64,000 nt of DNA from Candidatus Daviesbacteria bacterium (GTDB lineage Bacteria > Patescibacteriota > Microgenomatia > Daviesbacterales > UBA10151), in contig JACPDA010000004.1 in assembly GCA_016184225.1 (NCBI GenBank), forward strand, positions 474,763 through 538,762. Direction: 5' to 3'. The translations under genes and the position numbers were made by a program. Shown here in pieces: positions 59,393 through 64,000 of this stretch (position 1 is the stretch's first letter; each line of letters starts with the position of its first letter). The notes under the pieces are model-generated. The model worked only from the letters and a program-made list of their open reading frames with translations. It did not search any database and was not told the origin of the DNA.

Positions 59393-59754
59393 ATTAAATT
59401 TACAACGATCGGTTGGGCAGCGGGAGACCTTTCTCCTATTAATGGACTGTAACTATCAAACAAATAAGCTTCTATGCCATCTCTAGATTGTTTATCAACA
59501 ATAGCCCATGTTACCTTCAATTGACCGTATGTTCCATACCGAGTTATTTCTGGGTTATTTTTATGCTCCTGTAATCTTAATCCAATATGACCTTGTCCAA
59601 CCCTAATAACTTTTGCTCCGCCTGCACCTACATACCAAATTATATATACACCTTCTTTACTCAGGAAATAAGGGGCGTTCAGGTTTAATCGCAGGAGGTC
59701 AAACCATTGATTATTATTTGAATTCTTTACCCAATGTACATTAAGACTTTGCAT
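59389..59754 (-). CDS. Small GIY-YIG-like nuclease
   Basis: GVYII..RVGQG..RLQEH..E..L..P pattern. Confidence 0.6.
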   Translation of the reverse strand: MQSLNVHWVKNSNNNQWFDLLRLNLNAPYFLSKEGVYIIWYVGAGGAKVIRVGQGHIGLRLQEHKNNPEITRYGTYGQLKVTWAIVDKQSRDGIEAYLFDSYSPLIGERSPAAQPIVVNLI

Positions 59755-59795
59755 AACTCGTTAATCTATTATAACCGAAGTTTTAAACTTTGTAT

Positions 59796-59927
59796 TTAGT
59801 TTTTTGTATAGCTTCCATTTTTATCCTCCACAATTTTAATTTCTTCCGGCATTAGGCCGTAGAGTTTATAAGCAGAGCTTCTCAGCTCGCTTACAGCTTG
59901 CTGATAAACTAATTGATATATCTTCTT
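59796..59927 (-). pseudogene. Orphan C-terminus of another type IIG/TaqI-like R-M protein, carrying a 36-bp insertion
   Basis: Manual translation: KKIYQLVY[QQAVSELRSSAY]KLYGLMPEEIKIVEDKNGSYTKN*; no start codon. Confidence 0.65.
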
Positions 59928-59934
59928 TTATCCT

Positions 59935-62900
59935 TTAAATATTCTTAACTTGTGCATAAAATTTATTCTTCTGACAAAGACTTTTTACAAAATCTGCATT
60001 AGAAACTTTATCTTTAGGTACACCCACATTAAAGTAGAGGCAAAAGACTAAATCGTCTATAAGGTCTTTGATCTCCTTTTGTTTCTCAAAGTCAATTACA
60101 GGAAAGGATATCAGGTCCGATAGCATAATTGTTTTGTTTTCTAATTCGAGACCATCTTGGCCATACTTTGCCTCAATAACTTTCTTTACCAGAGTGAAAT
60201 CTTTCTTAATAGGCAGCTCTATTGACTCCATATCCTTTTCCAATATTAGTTTGTTTACTTCAACGCTAACTTTGTCAAACTTTTGAACCATTATTTTTGA
60301 AAAATCAACAAAGTCTGACAATAGAATTCTCTCTAACTTTAGGAGACCTCCAGTAAGCCTAATAGTTTCTTCCTTAATGTGTTGGTTTTGATCAGTTATT
60401 TTTGGGATTCTTACAAATTCCTTAATTGCTTTTATTGGAATTAAGAATTCTTTCTCTTGCTCATTTTGGAGGTTTTTTAGAATTAATTTGTTTATAGGAG
60501 AGTTCAATAAAGAAAGGAGATAAAAAATCTCTTCCCTATTATCTGAACAAATAATTGATGCCTTTCCCATATAAAAAATAATGTGATGATCAGTAAAATA
60601 AAATTTATCCGGATTTTTAACACTCCAGACAATTTTGTATTGTTGATCTAATGTAATATACCCTTGATTATTTTGGGTAAGTTTAATTTTATTTCTATCT
60701 TTTGGATAAAACGCTTTCGGTATAAAACTAGAATAATTATAAAAAGATTTGAAATCCAACAATTCGTAAGACTCTTCACTATTGTTAATTGTTGTTATAT
60801 ATTTAGGATTTAAGACAAATCCAATATCAAAATAGAATCTACTGTTAAAATTGTGTCTTGCTAAAACATGGTTATAATAGATAGAAATTTCTTCACTTTT
60901 TCTCTTGTATTCAATATGGAAATCTAAATATTCCTTATTCTGTTGAATGAAATTCCAATTTGCGAGGTTTTGAAGAAGTTGTGATTGTAAGATTTTATTT
61001 TTTGTTGTCTTTTCTTTCCGAGCTATTTTTCTGAAGGTTTCCTCAATATTTTCACCTGAACCTAAATGATTCCAAATCTCCACTTCCTGCAAATCTCTCG
61101 GCCTATTTTTCGAAACAATCAGAATCAAACTTGACGTAGCAATTGGCTTATTCTGTTTAAGTCCCCTTCCTAAGAACATCTTGCCGCTAAAGGTGATAAT
61201 TTTTTCAATAGTTGTAAACCGAGCAAGGTGATACCTAATTACATCCAAATCGCCCGATGTTAGTACGGTCTGAGGAATGATAAAACAAAGCTTTCCATTA
61301 TCTTTTAATAAAGCTAGTCCTAGAGCAATAAAAAATGCGTAAAAATTTGGTTTTGGTGAATACCTTTTCTGTCTTTCAGAAACACTATGTAGATTTAATC
61401 CATAAACATCACTTAATTTAACCTTACCTTGTTTCATTAGGCTGAAAATTAGAATACCCTGTTTTGAGCACTCGTTATAAGAAATGTATGGTGGGTTACC
61501 AATTACGTAGTCAAATCGTCTTCGTGATGGGCGCATACTTTGTTTCATATCCGCCAGGTCACTCTTTTCTCGCATATAACTTTCAAATTCAAAATCTAAC
61601 TTTCTACTATCAAACAAGACTTGTTGACCACCTATAACATCGATATCATTTATAGTATTTTTTAATCCAGCGTCTATAAACTCTGCAATCGAATCCTTGG
61701 TCCAAAAAACTTTTATTTTCTTATCAATTGGATTGTTGTATTTCTCGTTAATAATAAGCGGTAGCATTCGCATTAAAATATTCATCTCGGCCAAATAGAG
61801 TGGGAATTCTTCAATATCTAATCCAAAGACGTTATTATTTATCAATTCCTCAATTTTTCTTGAGGTATCTTCTGATCCGTTAGGTACCGCATTTAAAATT
61901 TGATCTGTTGCACTATATAAGAAAGTCCCACTGCCACAAGACGGATCTATTATGGAAATATAGTCTCCGTCGGGATCATGATCCAATCGTTTTATTAAAC
62001 TATCTGGTGTATATCCAACTTGTTCTAGCATAAAGTTAACGATAGCTGGATCTGTAAAATACTGTCCTTTCTTGGATTCTTCATATAATTCTTTTAGGTA
62101 ATTTTCATAAATATAGCCAAAGATTTCATTTCTAACGTTTGCAAAATTGTATTTTTTGATGAAGATGAAGATATCAAGCCATGGAGATACATCAGAAAGG
62201 CTATTTTCAACCCTATGGTAGAGTTCTTGAATTTTGTCTTTGATAAACGCCTGCTCTTTAGTAAATGGTCTATATATATTTTTCGAAATATTTGCAGAAA
62301 TTCCCTCAATAATCCCCAGAATATCTTTATATCTTTTTTGTTTCAAAAACTGATGAATCTTTTCAACGAAACTCTCAAATTCTGTTGCGAAATCGTCAAA
62401 CTCGTTATCGACCAATGTCTTATACAGGATAAACTGTATAATATAGGCATAAGTAAGCTCGATTGCTTTCTTTTCACTTAATTTATTGTCTGAACTTTCA
62501 AGATACCCTTCAATCTTGAGTTTATTTTTAAAGCCTTCGATAAGCTTAGTTATATCTTCAAAGAAAAGTTGCCTGTTGTTATCAACGTGCAGTTTGGTTT
62601 CTTTGAGAAGCGCTAACTGCCCCACCTTTTCAAAAAATGATAGGTAATAAAACTCCGGCTTGATATACTCCTTCCAAAAGGTGATAAACAACTGTGTTTT
62701 ATCGAGCATATCCCTAAGCGTGAAGATACGATATACATTGTTGTTATAAAAACGCCAAGTGAAACCATCGGTTAAAATACCGTAGTGTTTGTCGAAATCC
62801 TTTTGGTAGTTAAAGAGTTGTTTTTCACCAACTTGAATATTTTTATAGCACTCAACTTCAATAGGAATTGCTATTTCAGGATTGATATAGATATAAAAAT

Positions 62901-63117
62901 CTGCCCTACGTTTCTCTTTAGCATTCTTCTCATGTATAAATTCATTCCTTCTATCTTGATTATTTGTAGATAATTTGCCCTCTTTCAAGCTAAAAAGATC
63001 ATCAGATGACAATATATCTTTAACGAAACTTTGAACGCCGGTACCAACTTCTTGCTTTTGATAATAGTCTTTTTCTTGATTCCATTTCCTTTTTAGTCCT
63101 GATATTTTTAAACTCAT
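59935..63117 (-). CDS. Type IIG restriction-modification enzyme (REase, N6-adenine MTase and TRD fused)
   Basis: N-terminal D..ExE and GILTDG nuclease domain; GQYFT, DPSCGSGTFL, IGNPPY. Confidence 0.88.
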   Translation of the reverse strand: MSLKISGLKRKWNQEKDYYQKQEVGTGVQSFVKDILSSDDLFSLKEGKLSTNNQDRRNEFIHEKNAKEKRRADFYIYINPEIAIPIEVECYKNIQVGEKQLFNYQKDFDKHYGILTDGFTWRFYNNNVYRIFTLRDMLDKTQLFITFWKEYIKPEFYYLSFFEKVGQLALLKETKLHVDNNRQLFFEDITKLIEGFKNKLKIEGYLESSDNKLSEKKAIELTYAYIIQFILYKTLVDNEFDDFATEFESFVEKIHQFLKQKRYKDILGIIEGISANISKNIYRPFTKEQAFIKDKIQELYHRVENSLSDVSPWLDIFIFIKKYNFANVRNEIFGYIYENYLKELYEESKKGQYFTDPAIVNFMLEQVGYTPDSLIKRLDHDPDGDYISIIDPSCGSGTFLYSATDQILNAVPNGSEDTSRKIEELINNNVFGLDIEEFPLYLAEMNILMRMLPLIINEKYNNPIDKKIKVFWTKDSIAEFIDAGLKNTINDIDVIGGQQVLFDSRKLDFEFESYMREKSDLADMKQSMRPSRRRFDYVIGNPPYISYNECSKQGILIFSLMKQGKVKLSDVYGLNLHSVSERQKRYSPKPNFYAFFIALGLALLKDNGKLCFIIPQTVLTSGDLDVIRYHLARFTTIEKIITFSGKMFLGRGLKQNKPIATSSLILIVSKNRPRDLQEVEIWNHLGSGENIEETFRKIARKEKTTKNKILQSQLLQNLANWNFIQQNKEYLDFHIEYKRKSEEISIYYNHVLARHNFNSRFYFDIGFVLNPKYITTINNSEESYELLDFKSFYNYSSFIPKAFYPKDRNKIKLTQNNQGYITLDQQYKIVWSVKNPDKFYFTDHHIIFYMGKASIICSDNREEIFYLLSLLNSPINKLILKNLQNEQEKEFLIPIKAIKEFVRIPKITDQNQHIKEETIRLTGGLLKLERILLSDFVDFSKIMVQKFDKVSVEVNKLILEKDMESIELPIKKDFTLVKKVIEAKYGQDGLELENKTIMLSDLISFPVIDFEKQKEIKDLIDDLVFCLYFNVGVPKDKVSNADFVKSLCQKNKFYAQVKNI

Positions 63118-63130
63118 ATTTTCTTGCCTA

Positions 63131-63153
63131 ATTATTGCACAAAGGATGGTTAG
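63131..63153. repeat. 23-bp direct repeat; second copy at 63978-64000 (cut by the window end)
   Basis: ATTATTGCACAAAGGATGGTTAG vs ATTATTGCACAGAGGATGGTTAG. Confidence 0.85.
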
Positions 63154-63244
63154 GGTCTAGGGGATAGGGTATAGTTGTTATAAATACAATACATGTCAAG
63201 GGGGTTAAAATAGATCATCTTAAGGCTACTTATTCGGGTTATAT

Positions 63245-63273
63245 TTGTATTCCAACTTAGAATGTGGTAGAAT
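63245..63273 (+). promoter_or_regulatory. Sigma70 promoter facing the DUF3800 gene
   Basis: TTGTAT-17 nt-TAGAAT with TGn extension; no + strand gene follows. Confidence 0.6.
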
Positions 63274-63284
63274 ATTGTCACAAA

Positions 63285-63351
63285 GACCCTGTTTCCGAAT
63301 TGTCACCGTATGGTGCGCGTTCCAAACTAACGTTTGGATAGGGACAGGGTC
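63285..63351 (+). ncRNA. DUF3800-associated structured RNA (three-way junction)
   Basis: Outer stem GACCCUGUUUC/GGGACAGGGUC enclosing CACC-GUAU-GGUG and UCCAAAC-UAAC-GUUUGGA; lies 3 nt from the DUF3800 stop. Confidence 0.7.
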
Positions 63352-63354
63352 GAA

Positions 63355-63943
63355 TCATTTAAAATCCCAAATATCTTCAATTCTTTTTACTTCCTCGAAT
63401 TTATGAAGATAATCTTTATTTTTACCTACAAAGGTTGCATGTATACTACCGGCTATTACATCTGCAAGCTGAATTAAAGTATTCTGCTTTGAATCGGCGA
63501 ATTTTAAATCGCTAAATATTTTGTTATAATTGGTTACGTAGAGATTTTTCTCCTCGCTTATCAAATTTTAACTTAGCCTTTTTGATAAACCCTTTACTCT
63601 GTTTAAGAACCTGCATAATGATATAGTTATAAAAATCTTCCTTATAATTTCGTAGTCTCGGACTATGAATGATCTCTTTCCTGACAACTATTGCTCGTAT
63701 GCGAAATTTAAAATTCCTAACTGTTTCAATAAATTGTTTCTTAAAATTTTTATCCATTTTGTTAAATTTGAATTCATAATAATCTGAAACTTTTAATTTT
63801 CTTCGTAGTTCCTTAATTGCAAGTGAAGTTTTCTCAGCTTCTAGCGGGTCATCAAATACCGCAAGCGCTATAACAAAGCACTTGCTTGAACCTTTTTCCA
63901 GTTTAAATCCAGGATCTCCGGAATCATCAATGAAAACTAGCAT
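63355..63943 (-). pseudogene. DUF3800 family protein split by a frameshift/deletion near 63524
   Basis: N-terminal part FIDDSGDPG..EFKF; C-terminal part DSKQNTLIQLADVIAG in another frame. Confidence 0.8.
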
Positions 63944-64000
63944 TTTCTTGCTTAAGCGCGAAGCGCGAGCTTTGCTCATTATTGCACAGAGGATGGTTAG

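Larger units (their letters stand above)
56738..64000. mobile_element. tRNA-Val-anchored genomic/defence island (continues beyond the window)
   Basis: Recombinase remnant at the tRNA 3' end, loss of housekeeping genes, mixed orientation, AT-rich R-M and nuclease genes. Confidence 0.65.

Noticed and set aside
63524-63564. Programmed frameshift in DUF3800
   Set aside because: No clear slippery heptamer or stimulatory structure; a deletion is more plausible
1-64000. CRISPR array or cas genes
   Set aside because: No regularly spaced repeat-spacer series seen and no Cas motifs in the ORFs
56738-64000. Integron cassette array or prophage
   Set aside because: No intI, no convincing RYYYAAC..GTTRRRY attC sites, no phage structural genes

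Overview
Chromosomal window from a reduced-genome bacterium, most likely Patescibacteria/CPR (Microgenomates-like). This is inferred from gene content, domain-trimmed Mur ligases, alpha2-type GlyRS, near-leaderless genes and short palindromic repeats. It has three zones. (1) 1-33 kb: one co-oriented surface-glycosylation locus with three giant paralogous GT-C/YfhO-like membrane proteins (two with small TM partners), a flippase, GT2/GT4 enzymes, four ArnT/PMT-like GT-C enzymes, methyl- and acyltransferases, an O-antigen-ligase-like protein, a phosphoglycosyl transferase and a DUF4012 protein. (2) 33-56.7 kb: housekeeping genes: recO, glyS, the dcw cluster (mraZ to ftsZ, with a truncated murB), ileS, rodA, rplU, rpmA, parB, lepB and tRNA-Val(CAC). 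(3) 56.7-64 kb: an accessory/defence island at the tRNA 3' end with a recombinase remnant, a permuted zeta-like kinase plus DUF2188, a GIY-YIG-like gene plus DUF6680-like gene, a type IIG R-M gene and a broken DUF3800 gene. The best candidate for a poorly described system is the DUF3800 gene facing a compact structured RNA with its own convergent promoter. Short palindromes and G-rich 9-mers also sit in frame inside many genes. All calls come from motif recognition by eye; no searches were run.
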